The translations under genes were made by a program, and so were the position numbers. From positions 608,001 through 672,000 of the forward strand of contig CAVVLJ010000021.1 in NCBI GenBank assembly GCA_963749075.1: a DNA stretch of 64,000 nt, in the 5' to 3' direction. Origin of the DNA: an uncultured Pseudomonadota bacterium. GTDB taxonomy: Bacteria > Pseudomonadota > Alphaproteobacteria > JACZXZ01. The notes beneath the pieces are model-generated. The model did no database searches, was not told the DNA's origin, and saw nothing but the letters and a program-made list of their open reading frames with translations. Shown here piece after piece: positions 35,660 through 48,302 of the stretch; position 1 is the first letter of the stretch; every line of letters begins with the position of its first letter.

Positions 35660-35747
35660 TATTATACGCATTTTGCGATATGCGTATAATAATATGGCCG
35701 AGCGCCGCGTCAAGTTGAATTTATACGCAAATCGCAATCTGCGTATA
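35660..35747 (-). promoter_or_regulatory. Promoter with two palindromic operators TATACGCA-N10-TGCGTATA
   Basis: Inverted repeats at 35660-35691 and 35722-35747; minus-strand TTGACG (35713-35708), 16 nt, TATTAT (35691-35686). Confidence 0.75.
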
Positions 35748-35773
35748 GCACCGCTCCGCCCCGCGCCGCCCCC

Positions 35774-38840
<3,067 letters not shown>

Positions 38841-38935
38841 GTCAAACCGAGTGTCGGGGACGAATAAAAGCGCGCGCGCGGCCGCAGCGGCCCTCGCGCA
38901 AGCGAGGCGGCACTATAGCCAGGGACGTGCCCCTG

Positions 38936-39715
38936 TCAAGGCATTGCGCCGCGCTTTGCGCCGGAGGACTGCCGCGGCGCCGGCGCCCGGTAGGGCCGCC
39001 AATGGCCGGGCCGCTGCGCCAGGCGGTCGGCGAGGACCGCGAGGGCGGCTGGATTGCGCCCGATGGTGCTGTGGGCGCCCTCGACCTCGATGTTCTCGGC
39101 CAATGCCGCCTCGCCGTTGAGGCAGCTCTGCCAGGCGACGATGCCGTCGCGGCGGGTGAAGATGGCGCTTGTCGGCACGGGCGGCGGCAGGGCCAGCGTC
39201 GCGAGCAGATGGTCGAAGGAGGCCGCGTGGCGCGCCGCGGCGAGGCGAAAGAGGAGCTCCAGGTTCGAGGCCGTGGGCAGGCGGAAGGGACTGCACAGCG
39301 TGATCACCTGGCGCACCGCGGCCGGTTGGCACTTCGCCGTCTCGCGGGCGAGCACGCCGCCGAGGCTGATGCCGACGAGGCTGAGCGGCGAGCCCTGGCG
39401 GCGCGCGAGCTCGGCCACCAGCGCCGTGGTGCGCGCGAGCAGGGCGTCGCTCGGGCCGAGGCAGCGGCCGAAGCCCCAGCCGAACGGGCGGTAGCCGAGC
39501 GCTGCCAGATAGCGCCTGAGCGGCATGGTCATGCGGTCGCCATGGAGGAAGGGCGGAAAGACGAGCACCGCATGGCCGTCCCCGCGCGGCAGCTCGACAG
39601 CGGGCGGCGGCGGCGGCGGGTCGCGGAGCAAGGCGGAGAGGTCGCGCAGCAGGAGGGCGAGGGAGGGCCGTGCGACGGCGCCGTCCGCGGCGAAGATGCG
39701 GGCATCGGCGCTCAT
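38936..39715 (-). CDS. Alpha/beta hydrolase (esterase/lipase-like)
   Basis: GISLGG nucleophile elbow, DGIVAW and GAH motifs. Confidence 0.8.
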   Translation of the reverse strand: MSADARIFAADGAVARPSLALLLRDLSALLRDPPPPPPAVELPRGDGHAVLVFPPFLHGDRMTMPLRRYLAALGYRPFGWGFGRCLGPSDALLARTTALVAELARRQGSPLSLVGISLGGVLARETAKCQPAAVRQVITLCSPFRLPTASNLELLFRLAAARHAASFDHLLATLALPPPVPTSAIFTRRDGIVAWQSCLNGEAALAENIEVEGAHSTIGRNPAALAVLADRLAQRPGHWRPYRAPAPRQSSGAKRGAMP

Positions 39716-39788
39716 GGCGCGTTCCCCGCTCCGGCGGCCGGCTCGGCACCTGCGCGCTGCCGCGCGCTTTTTCGCCAAATCGACGCTC

Positions 39789-41819
39789 TCACTGCTTTCC
39801 GGCGAGCTTCCGCATGTAGCTCAGCAGATCGGCGTTCGCCGTCCCGTTGGCCGGCAGCCCGGTCTCGTGCTGGAATAGGCGGATGGCGGCGACCGTCCGC
39901 GGGTCCAGCCGGCCGCTGGCCGGGCCCGGGCTGTAGCCGAATCCGTCGAGCAGGCGCTGAATTTCGGCGATCTCCGGCGCGTTTTCGCCGGCGGCATGCG
40001 CAGGGGGTGCGGCGGCCGACGCCGGACGAGCGGCGGCGGGACGCGCCGCCGGCCGCCGGACCGGTGGCGCTTGCGCCGTGCGCGCTGCGGCGGCATGGGC
40101 GGGGGGCCTGGCGGCGGCGGCCCCCGGCACCTCGGCCGGCTTGGGCACGGGCTCGGGGAGCGCTGCCGCCTCCACCGCCGGCGCCGCGGGCGTCTTCGCA
40201 GCAGCCTGGACCGGGGGGTTTGCGGGCGGCGGTGCGGCGGAGGCCGCGCGGGTCTCGGCCGGCTTGGACGCGAGTTGCGCAGGCTGTGCCGGGGGCGTTG
40301 CGGCAGGCGCTCGGACCGCTGCGGCTGCGGCCGGCGCGGCTGCGGCCGGCGCGCGCGTCTCGGCCGGTTTCGCTTCGGACGGCGGAGCCGGCGTTGCCTG
40401 CGCCGAGGCTGCCGTCGGCGTTTCGGCAGTGCCTTGGGCGAGGGCGCTCGGCGGCGGCGGTGCTGCGGTGGCAGCGCTGGCCTCGGCCGGTTTGGGCGCG
40501 GGCGCGGGGAGCGGCAGCGCCTGCGCCGCGGGCGCCATCGCGGCTGCGGAAGCACCCTGCGCCGGGGCGCTCGCGGGCGGCGGTGCTGCGGCGGCCGCGC
40601 GAGTCTCGGCCGGCTTCGGAATGGGCAGCGGGAGCTGGTACGCTTCCGCGACGCTGGCCGCCGGCGGCGCCGCCGCGACTTGGGCCGCGACTTGGGCCGC
40701 GGCGCCGGCGGGCGGCCGTGCCGCGGGCGCGCCTGCCGCAGCCGGCGCTGCGGCCTGCGGCGGCTCGGGGGCTGCGGGCGCCGCGGCGCTCGCCTCCTTG
40801 CCGCGCCGCGGTGCCGCGGCATCCACCGCGGCTGCGGCGCCGATCTCGGCGCGCGACGCCGGCCGGATCTCGATCGACGCGGCCGCCGCCTCGTAGCGGC
40901 GGTCGCCCTCGGCGATCTCCGTAGCACTCAGCTTCGGCCTGAGCGACTTGAGATAGTCCGCCGCAGCCGGGACGTTGCCGCGCTCCGCGACGCGGAACCA
41001 TTTGTAGGCCTCGACGGCATCCGCAGCACCGCCGCGCCCGCTCTCGTAGAGCGTGCCGAGATTGAGCGCCGCGAGCGGGAGGCCGTCCTCCGCCGCCTTG
41101 GCGAACCACTTGCGCGCCTCGGCGTCGTTTTGCGCCACGCCCTTGCCTTCGGCATAGGCCGTGCCGAGGTTGTACTCGGCCGGCGGGTAGCGCTGCTGGG
41201 CGGCGCTCAGGTACCAAAGCAGCGCCAGGCGCGGCTCCTTCTCGACTCCCAAGCCCTTCTCGTAGAAGACGCCGAGGTTGTACTCGGCGGCCGCGAGGTT
41301 CTGCACCGCCGCCAGGCGCATCCAGTGCGCCGCCCCGCCGTAGTTCCGCGGCACCTCGCCGCCGATCACATAGAGCATGGCCAATTCGTACTGCGCGTCG
41401 GGGTCGCCCTTCTTGGCGCGCGCCTCGAGCTCCTTGAGCTTCCGCGCGGCGGCGCGCGGCGGCTCGGCGCTACCCGGCTGGGGTGCTGCTTGCGCCTGCG
41501 GCGTTGCCGCGGCCGGATCCTGAGGGGCCAGCAGCTGGCTGCCCGCCGCCTCGCTCGTGGCAATGAGGCCCCAGCCGATCTGAGAGAGAGCCGCGGCGAG
41601 CAAGAAGGCCCGCAGCAGCGCCCGCCTGCGGGCGGCCGGGCGCAGCCCTGCCGCCGTGCCAAGCGGCGCGTGCGCCTCGCCTTCGCCCCTCGCCGGAAGC
41701 GTGGGGGCAGCAGCCCGAGCCATCGACCCTCTCCAATGCATCGCCCCGATCATAGCAAGAATCGCGGCAGGCCTGTACGGTGTCGCAGCCCCGGGCCGCG
41801 GCCGTGCCGGCGCTGCCAT
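39789..41819 (-). CDS. Sel1-repeat protein with Pro/Ala-rich linker and C-terminal peptidoglycan-binding domain
   Basis: Repeated A.YNLG..Y..G.GV units; EIQRLLDGFGYSPGPASG...AIRLFQHETGLPANG; true start probably downstream of 41819. Confidence 0.8.
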   Translation of the reverse strand: MAAPARPRPGAATPYRPAAILAMIGAMHWRGSMARAAAPTLPARGEGEAHAPLGTAAGLRPAARRRALLRAFLLAAALSQIGWGLIATSEAAGSQLLAPQDPAAATPQAQAAPQPGSAEPPRAAARKLKELEARAKKGDPDAQYELAMLYVIGGEVPRNYGGAAHWMRLAAVQNLAAAEYNLGVFYEKGLGVEKEPRLALLWYLSAAQQRYPPAEYNLGTAYAEGKGVAQNDAEARKWFAKAAEDGLPLAALNLGTLYESGRGGAADAVEAYKWFRVAERGNVPAAADYLKSLRPKLSATEIAEGDRRYEAAAASIEIRPASRAEIGAAAAVDAAAPRRGKEASAAAPAAPEPPQAAAPAAAGAPAARPPAGAAAQVAAQVAAAPPAASVAEAYQLPLPIPKPAETRAAAAAPPPASAPAQGASAAAMAPAAQALPLPAPAPKPAEASAATAAPPPPSALAQGTAETPTAASAQATPAPPSEAKPAETRAPAAAAPAAAAAVRAPAATPPAQPAQLASKPAETRAASAAPPPANPPVQAAAKTPAAPAVEAAALPEPVPKPAEVPGAAAARPPAHAAAARTAQAPPVRRPAARPAAARPASAAAPPAHAAGENAPEIAEIQRLLDGFGYSPGPASGRLDPRTVAAIRLFQHETGLPANGTANADLLSYMRKLAGKQ

Positions 41820-41935
41820 GGCGCAGTTGCCGCGCCCCCTGCCGTTGCGCTAGTCTCGCGCCCCTCGCCGACCTCGGCTTGCCCGGATCGAGCGCCCGCT
41901 AGCGCGCTCGAGGGGCTGCCTAACTGTCCCCGCGC

Positions 41936-42025
41936 GGAGGGGTGCCGGAGCGGTCGATCGGGGCGGTCTCGAAAACCGTTGTACCCGCAAGGGTACCGTG
42001 GGTTCGAATCCCACCCCCTCCGCCA
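41936..42025 (+). tRNA. tRNA-Ser(CGA), 90 nt, long variable arm, encoded CCA
   Basis: Acceptor GGAGGGG/CCCCTCC-G-CCA; anticodon arm GCGGT-CTCGAAA-ACCGT; T arm GGTTCGAATCC. Confidence 0.97.
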
Positions 42026-42190
42026 AACCTACCGTTCGCAGTTGTTCGCAGGCGTCGGCGAACGTATTGAAAAATATCTTAATTTTCCAGTATTATCTGC
42101 TCGTAATCGTCCGTCCGCGTTCGCCCGAGATTGTGGGTAAACGCGTTAGCGGCGTGGGTAGGGATGCGGGTAGAAATCGGTTAAGCGGAT

Positions 42191-43435
42191 ATGGCGCAAT
42201 TCATCGGTAGGCTCACCGCCCTCAAAGTTCTCAGGACGAAGAAGTCTGGCATGTACGCCGATGGCGCCGGCCTCTATCTGCAAGTGACGGGCGATGGCGA
42301 TGCGCATATAGCGAAATCTTGGATTTATCGATTCACGCTTCGCGGCAGAGCCCGCGAAATGGGGCTGGGCTCGCTTTCGACATACGGCTTGGCGGAAGCG
42401 CGCATCAAAGCCGCGGAGTGCCGACGGCTCACCTATGAGGGCATAGACCCAATCGATACGCGCAAAGCTGAGCGCGCCAAGGTCGCACTCGATGTCGCCA
42501 AAGCACTGACCTTCAAGGAATGTGCCGCGCAATACGTCACGGCGCATCGCGTCGGCTGGCGCAATTCCAAGCACGCGGCGCAATGGAATGCCACCATTAA
42601 AACCTACGCCGAACCTGTCATAGGTTTCCTGCCCGTCCAGACCATCGATACAGCTTTGGTAATGAAGATCATCGAGCCCCTTTGGTCGAAGAAACCGGAA
42701 ACAGCATCGCGACTACGCGGGCGAATCGAAGCCGTACTTGATTGGGCAACGGCGCGCGGTTACCGCGAGGGCGAGAATCCTGCGCGATGGCGCGGCCATC
42801 TCGACAAACTGCTCCCCGCGCGCGCCAAGCTGCGCAAGGTGAAGCACCATGCCGCCCTACCCTATGACGAGCTGCCCGAGTTCATGGCCACGTTGCGCAC
42901 TCATGACGGTGTTTCGGCCCGCGCACTTGAATTCCTGATCCTCACGGCGGCCCGCACGGGCGAGGTAATCGGCGCCCGCCCGGATGAGATCAAGGAGAGG
43001 GTTTGGGCGGTGCCGGCCGGGCGCATGAAGGGTGGCACGGAGCATCGCGTGCCATTGTCCGCGCCCGCCCTGGCAATCGTCGAGACGCTCCAGAAGGAGC
43101 CCACCGGCACGTTCCTATTCCCCGGCGGAAATCGCGACAAGCCGCTCAGCAACATGGCGATGCTGGCGCTACTTGAGCGCATGGGCCGCGCGGACCTGAC
43201 CGCTCACGGCTTCCGCTCGACGTTCCGCGATTGGGCGGCGGAGCGCACGAACTACCCGCGCGAAGTGGTCGAGATGGCGCTGGCGCATGCGATCGAGAAC
43301 AAGGTCGAGGCCGCCTATCGGCGCGGTGATTTGCTCGAAAAGCGCCGCTCGCTGATGGCCGAGTGGGCGAAGTTCTGTGCCCGCATCAAGCGCACGGGGG
43401 ATGGTCAGGTCGTGCCGATCCAGCGTCGCGGATAG
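42191..43435 (+). CDS. P4-type tyrosine integrase with arm-binding domain
   Basis: DGAGLYLQV, LTAARTGEV, RMKGG.EHRVPL, HGFRSTFRDW and LAH...AY catalytic residues. Confidence 0.96.
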   Translation: MAQFIGRLTALKVLRTKKSGMYADGAGLYLQVTGDGDAHIAKSWIYRFTLRGRAREMGLGSLSTYGLAEARIKAAECRRLTYEGIDPIDTRKAERAKVALDVAKALTFKECAAQYVTAHRVGWRNSKHAAQWNATIKTYAEPVIGFLPVQTIDTALVMKIIEPLWSKKPETASRLRGRIEAVLDWATARGYREGENPARWRGHLDKLLPARAKLRKVKHHAALPYDELPEFMATLRTHDGVSARALEFLILTAARTGEVIGARPDEIKERVWAVPAGRMKGGTEHRVPLSAPALAIVETLQKEPTGTFLFPGGNRDKPLSNMAMLALLERMGRADLTAHGFRSTFRDWAAERTNYPREVVEMALAHAIENKVEAAYRRGDLLEKRRSLMAEWAKFCARIKRTGDGQVVPIQRRG

Positions 43436-43641
43436 ACGGCGCTTTCGATAACCGTTTTGGATCGCTGGCAGTTGCGGGGAGCCGCATTGGCCGAGACCGA
43501 CATTCGTTGAAGGCGGCAATCTAACCTAACCTCTAGCAATATCGCGGACGGCTACACATTCGAGGGGAACCGTGAATATCAATCACGCCCGTTGTCCATC
43601 CCTCAAGAATACCCCTGGCATCAAGGCGACAACACTGTGCG

Positions 43642-44439
43642 TCAGGATGCTAATGAAGCGCAGCTTGAGACTGAGCACCATTTCACCCCGAGTGCGGTAG
43701 CGCATTCGCTACACTCAGCAGCGAGCCATTCATATTTAGTGCGAACCTTTGGCCTGCCGATGTTCGCCGCAAGACCATCCTGGATCTGCTTATTTGCTGC
43801 TTTGAGGAAATCTGTAGCATCAGTCGGGACCGGGTCAGGTGACGGTATAATCTCGGTCCACGGAATAAAATTCGGCCCCCATTCTGGATTGAAAATATCG
43901 ATGAAGTGTTGTCCGTCGCGATCACGCTTTACCAACGATTTAAGATGAGGATGCGCGGACCCCTGCCCAAACTCGTCCAATCGAAACTCATGTTTCCAAT
44001 GCGCCATTGTCGCGTCGTCCAAAATGACACGCGGATAGATGGCAACAGATTGTTCCAGCCGATATGCGTCGACGAATGCCGGGCCGACCACGATCCGTTT
44101 GTGATGATAAAGTGACCCGACGGTGATCGCTCCCCTGCACGGGAAACCCAATAGTAAAAGATGTCGGCAAAGATATCCGATCTCTCTAACCATATAGAAC
44201 ACACGGTCGGCCTGCATCATGGAGAGAACGAAGGAGTCGGAGAAGAAACTGGCGGTCGCAAAGGGGAGCTTCTTCATGAACTGATCAAATAGTTTGTTGG
44301 TGCCAATCAGCTTGCTGATCTTGGCCCGCGCAGCTGGGTTCGCGTCACTCGCTTTCACAAGATCGGCAAAGCCCAGTACGTCGATAAAAGCAACCGCCCG
44401 CTCCTGGTAGTCGAAAGAGTTGGTATCGCTTGCGAGCAT
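43642..44439 (-). CDS. Hypothetical protein with class III nucleotide-cyclase-like motifs
   Basis: AFIDVLGF, FFSDS, RGAITVG and GPAFVDAYRLEQ..AIYPRV motifs; GGAGG RBS. Confidence 0.6.
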   Translation of the reverse strand: MLASDTNSFDYQERAVAFIDVLGFADLVKASDANPAARAKISKLIGTNKLFDQFMKKLPFATASFFSDSFVLSMMQADRVFYMVREIGYLCRHLLLLGFPCRGAITVGSLYHHKRIVVGPAFVDAYRLEQSVAIYPRVILDDATMAHWKHEFRLDEFGQGSAHPHLKSLVKRDRDGQHFIDIFNPEWGPNFIPWTEIIPSPDPVPTDATDFLKAANKQIQDGLAANIGRPKVRTKYEWLAAECSECATALGVKWCSVSSCASLAS

Positions 44440-44531
44440 TCCCACCTCCCGGCGGTCGATTTCGCTACTTTAAGCAGCCTGGAGCACGATTTCGCCTAAT
44501 CTAATCCTATTCGACATTCCCCAGAAGCCAA

Positions 44532-45470
44532 TCATTTCGGCTTCCATTCGCGCGCAAGCCGCTGGGCCTCGGCAATCTCCTGTGGCGTCATCTTCGCCGC
44601 GATCATGTCGCGTGCCTTGACGGCATCATCACGATTTTCAGTCTCCGACGCTGGGAAGCGCATGGCAGCCAGATTAAGCCATTTGTGCGCCTGTATATAG
44701 TCTTGCCGCACCCCCTGGCCGTTGCGGTACATGACACCGAGGTTGTACTGCGCGTCGGCGTCTCCCTGGTCAGCAGCCTTGCCGAACCACTTCACGGCCT
44801 CCGCATAGTCCTGCGGCACGCCAGTGCCCTTATCGTACATGATCCCGAGGTTGTATTGGGCGATGACGACGCCCTGGTCGGCAGCCCTCCGGTACCACGT
44901 CGCCGCTTGCGCGTCGTCTTGTGGCACCCCGTCACCGTTCTGGTATTTGACTCCGAGGTTGGATTGGGCCGGAGCGTAACCCTGAACCGCGGCCTTGCGA
45001 TACCACGTCACCGCCTGTGCGTGGTCCTTCTCCACGCCTTCGCCGTAATCGTACATCACCCCAAGATGGCCTTGAGCCTGGGCCTGCCCCTGGTCGGCAG
45101 CCTTGCGATACCACTTCACCGCCTCAACCTGATCTTTCGGCACGCCACGGCCCGAGGCAAACATGTTTCCGAGGGCACTTTCAGCCCCAGCATGTCCCTG
45201 GTCGGCCGCCTTGCGGTACCACTTCGCCGCCTCGGCATCGTCCTGTGGGACGCCATGGCCACTCTCATACATAGTCCCAAGTATCAATTGTGCCGGGGCC
45301 GCACCCTGGGTTGCCAGTGGGCGGATAAGTTGAAGTTCTGTCGCGTAGTCCCCGCGTTGATCAGCCGCCTGAGCGGCGGACACATCCTCAGCCACGCTGG
45401 CCAGCACTGGACGGGCAAGGTTCACAGACAGAACAAGGGCCACAAGCCCGGCCTTAATCAAGCTATGCAT
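44532..45470 (-). CDS. Secreted Sel1-repeat protein
   Basis: Signal peptide and about six AQ..LG.MY..G.GVPQD..EA.KWYRKAADQG repeats. Confidence 0.92.
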   Translation of the reverse strand: MHSLIKAGLVALVLSVNLARPVLASVAEDVSAAQAADQRGDYATELQLIRPLATQGAAPAQLILGTMYESGHGVPQDDAEAAKWYRKAADQGHAGAESALGNMFASGRGVPKDQVEAVKWYRKAADQGQAQAQGHLGVMYDYGEGVEKDHAQAVTWYRKAAVQGYAPAQSNLGVKYQNGDGVPQDDAQAATWYRRAADQGVVIAQYNLGIMYDKGTGVPQDYAEAVKWFGKAADQGDADAQYNLGVMYRNGQGVRQDYIQAHKWLNLAAMRFPASETENRDDAVKARDMIAAKMTPQEIAEAQRLAREWKPK

Positions 45471-45553
45471 GGTTCATGCCCACGGCCAAGGTTCCATTGC
45501 TCATCAATATCCCGAGCGACCCTACACCTCGTACATCACTGAAAAATCGGATT

Positions 45554-46177
45554 TTACTGGCCTGCATGCTCCATGGCCGAGGCGGTTTTCGTGATGGTTT
45601 GGATCAAAGCGGCGTCTCGATCATCATGCGAAGCGACACCCGTACGTAGCTTTGGCAGAACACCTCGGGCGTACTTGCACGCCTCCAAAAGTGCCTCCGC
45701 GACCGCTGCAACCAGGCTAGGCTGGATATCGTCTGGCGTCCGATGGCGCATCAATCGACCTACCCCGTCACGCGCAATCTCAATGAGCCCATAGATGATG
45801 ACGACATCCATCGCATCACTTCCAAGAAGTCCAATTTTATGAGTATTGGCAGGATATACGATCGGGACAGGCATGCGCGACAAGCTCTCCACCGTACGGG
45901 CCGTGATCGGTCCATCGGCTTTGTTGACCAATCCTTGGAGCGATATATGCGCTCCGAAGGCTCCCGGGATTAGTTGACGGAGCTCGATCGCGAGTGACTT
46001 GCGAAGGGCCTCGATCTCTCGATCAACCTTCCGCTGCTCGATCCTTAATGTCACGCACACTGCGATGATCGCTGCAAGTAACGCTATCAAGCCGGCGAGA
46101 AGCGACTGCCAATGATCCAGGAGATCTATGATGGTTGTATAGTGCCACGGCGCGGCCATTCCCTCCTCCAAACTCAT
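45554..46177 (-). CDS. Hypothetical protein with an N-terminal transmembrane helix
   Basis: WQSLLAGLIALLAAIIAVCV hydrophobic segment; GAGGAGG before the second ATG. Confidence 0.6.
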   Translation of the reverse strand: MSLEEGMAAPWHYTTIIDLLDHWQSLLAGLIALLAAIIAVCVTLRIEQRKVDREIEALRKSLAIELRQLIPGAFGAHISLQGLVNKADGPITARTVESLSRMPVPIVYPANTHKIGLLGSDAMDVVIIYGLIEIARDGVGRLMRHRTPDDIQPSLVAAVAEALLEACKYARGVLPKLRTGVASHDDRDAALIQTITKTASAMEHAGQ

Positions 46178-46703
46178 CTATGCCATAGCTCCCACAGTGA
46201 GATTAGGCTATCTCGAGGCGCGGAAAGGTCGGCAAACGGATTGAAAACGGGCTTTCGATAGCGAATTTGAGGCCGAAGAAAGGCTTGGATTTTGCTCGAC
46301 TATGCAACCGAATACACTTGCAAATTGCAGCCCGAACGACCGAAAGCGTGCTCAACTTTGTGCAGCGGCACCGATGCCTCCTGCCGCTGCCAAGCCTATT
46401 TTGAGGTTTGATTCTGCATCCTGAAAGCCCCGAATTTCCGACTACAATCGCCCATTGGCGGAATTGCCATTTCTCGAACAGGGATCGTAGTAGAGCGTAG
46501 TACGGCGCAGCGACGACGAAGAAGAAAATGAGGGCAAGTTAAAAGAACGGCACCATCCGGTGCCCAAGTGCTTGTCTGCACATCGTTTTTCATGGCGCCA
46601 CCCTATCGAGCCGTGACGCCATAATACTGGTAAAGCACGATTTTGGCGCGTTTTCTTCGGCGCCACCGCAAAACTCCGGCCAGGGCCACAGAGCGGTGCC
46701 GCA

Positions 46704-46846
46704 TTGCCATTGGTGCCTTCAAGCAAGCGTGCCGGGCCGCGTCGGGCTGTCAAGCCCGCAGCCGCGCAAGGCGCGGTGCCCCGGGGGGCAGGCTTGACAG
46801 CCCGCCTCATGCGGCCCGGCATAGGCTTGCCAAGCACCAATGGCAA
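46704..46846. other. Long nested inverted-repeat structure (possible ssDNA promoter/ssi element or structured RNA)
   Basis: Nested arms of 13 bp (46704-46716/46834-46846), 6 bp, 10 bp (46731-46740/46811-46820) and 14 bp (46743-46756/46791-46804), with two small apical hairpins. Confidence 0.6.
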
Positions 46847-46930
46847 AATGGGCAGCGGGCTTCCGTCTCTATCAGACGGCGACTTCCCTTTCAGATGCAA
46901 AGCGCCGCCGGATGAGGTAAACTTCCGCCC

Positions 46931-47110
46931 ATGGCGACAAAGCGCAAGACGGACGCGGACGCCTCGGCGCTCGACCCGGCCTATGTGGCCGCGGTCGAAG
47001 AAGCGCGTGCCGAGGTCGATGCTGGCAAGACCGTTCCTTACGAGGAGGTCCGCCGATGGCTGCTATCGTGGGGCACTAAGAAGGAATTGCCGCGCCCGCG
47101 ATGCAAGTAA
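46931..47110 (+). CDS. ParD-like antitoxin (59 aa, not in the ORF track)
   Basis: AEVDAGKTVPYEEVRRWLLSWGTKKELPRP; overlaps the start of the parE-like gene. Confidence 0.8.
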   Translation: MATKRKTDADASALDPAYVAAVEEARAEVDAGKTVPYEEVRRWLLSWGTKKELPRPRCK

Positions 47111-47376
47111 GGTTCGCTGACGCGGCCCTCGCGGATATCGAAAGCATCCGAGCCTATATCGCACAAGACAACCCATCGGCCGCGAGCCGAACGGCCGTCG
47201 CGATCGTCGCGGCGACCGACCGCTTGGGCGCCAACCCGCGCCTAGGCCGCCTTGGTACGATGCCCGGCACCTTCGAGCTGATCGTCCGGCCCTATGTGCT
47301 CGTCTATGAGATTCACCGGGCCGAGATCATCGTGCTACGCGTCTGGCATGGACGGCAACGGCGCCCGGGAACCTGA
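47101..47376 (+). CDS. RelE/ParE family toxin
   Basis: ALADIESIRAYIAQDNPSAA...PRLGR...PYVLVYEI...VLRVWHGRQ. Confidence 0.9.
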   Translation: MQVRFADAALADIESIRAYIAQDNPSAASRTAVAIVAATDRLGANPRLGRLGTMPGTFELIVRPYVLVYEIHRAEIIVLRVWHGRQRRPGT

Positions 47377-47530
47377 TTGAGGTTCGCACGCCGCTCACGA
47401 CGGCGCCAGGCGCACCGGGAGCGAACGAATTCTACCGCGCTCAAAGCTCTCCCGAATACGAGCGACTGCGCTTCGACTGCCTTTGTTCATGCTCTACTAT
47501 CCTTAACCCGACGCACTCGGGAAATCGCCA

Positions 47531-47941
47531 TTGACGGCGCACGATGCGAGGCCCAATTCCGATTCTCAACGGATATTTTCTTGGAGGAGGGTGGCGGTGA
47601 TTGGGGACGACAATATCCGGGCCGGCGATCCGCGACGAGATCGGCATTCCGGTGCCGCGGATGCATCAAGGAGAAATGATGCCCGTGGCACGCCAAGGAG
47701 GTCGCAGGAACAACTTCCGACAGACGCGGCGACCACCGCCATCCCTTTTGCACAACGCCTCGCCTGTACCGTCGCGGAGGCGTGCGAGGCCACGGGCCTA
47801 GGTCGAACGAAGCTTTACGAGCTGATCGGCGAAGGGTTGCTCGACACGACCATGATCGGGCGCCGCCGGTTGGTGCTGGTGCGTTCGCTTCGAGCGCTGC
47901 TGGAGGAGCACGACGCGCAGCGTCGACCGACGCCCCGTTGA
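47531..47941 (+). CDS. Excisionase-like HTH protein
   Basis: TVAEACEATGLGRTKLYELIGEG...IGRRRLV; start unclear because the best RBS-ATG (47676) is out of frame. Confidence 0.75.
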   Translation: MTAHDARPNSDSQRIFSWRRVAVIGDDNIRAGDPRRDRHSGAADASRRNDARGTPRRSQEQLPTDAATTAIPFAQRLACTVAEACEATGLGRTKLYELIGEGLLDTTMIGRRRLVLVRSLRALLEEHDAQRRPTPR

Positions 47942-48011
47942 GCTCGCTGTGATTTTGGCACTTATCGCTCTGTCAGTGTATAGTCGGCGGGCAGGATCAA
48001 GGACGAGAGCG

Positions 48012-48302
48012 ATGCGGCCATCGGAAGCTGTTGCGCAACACCGCCAGGCACTTTTGGAGATGGCCCGCCGCTACGGCGTCTCGAATGTGCGGGTATTCGG
48101 GTCGGTTGCTCGCGGGGAAGATGGCGAGGGGAGCGATGTCGATCTGCTAGTCGATGCGCCCCGCGGAACGACCTATTTCACCTTGGCCCGCTTGCAGGAT
48201 GAAGCGGAACGCCTGACCGGTATCAGCGTCGATATCCATACTCCCGAAGGATTGAAGGCCCGTGTCCGCGCCGAAGTGCTGGCCGAGGCACGGCCGTTGT
48301 GA
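48012..48302 (+). CDS. Minimal nucleotidyltransferase (MNT) antitoxin
   Basis: VFGSVARGED...SDVDLLVD motif. Confidence 0.92.
   Translation: MRPSEAVAQHRQALLEMARRYGVSNVRVFGSVARGEDGEGSDVDLLVDAPRGTTYFTLARLQDEAERLTGISVDIHTPEGLKARVRAEVLAEARPL

Noticed and set aside
39996-40900. Imperfect internal repeats (KPAETRAAAA, LPxPxPKPAE) in the Sel1 protein
   Set aside because: Low-complexity Pro/Ala linker repeats within a coding region, not a separate element
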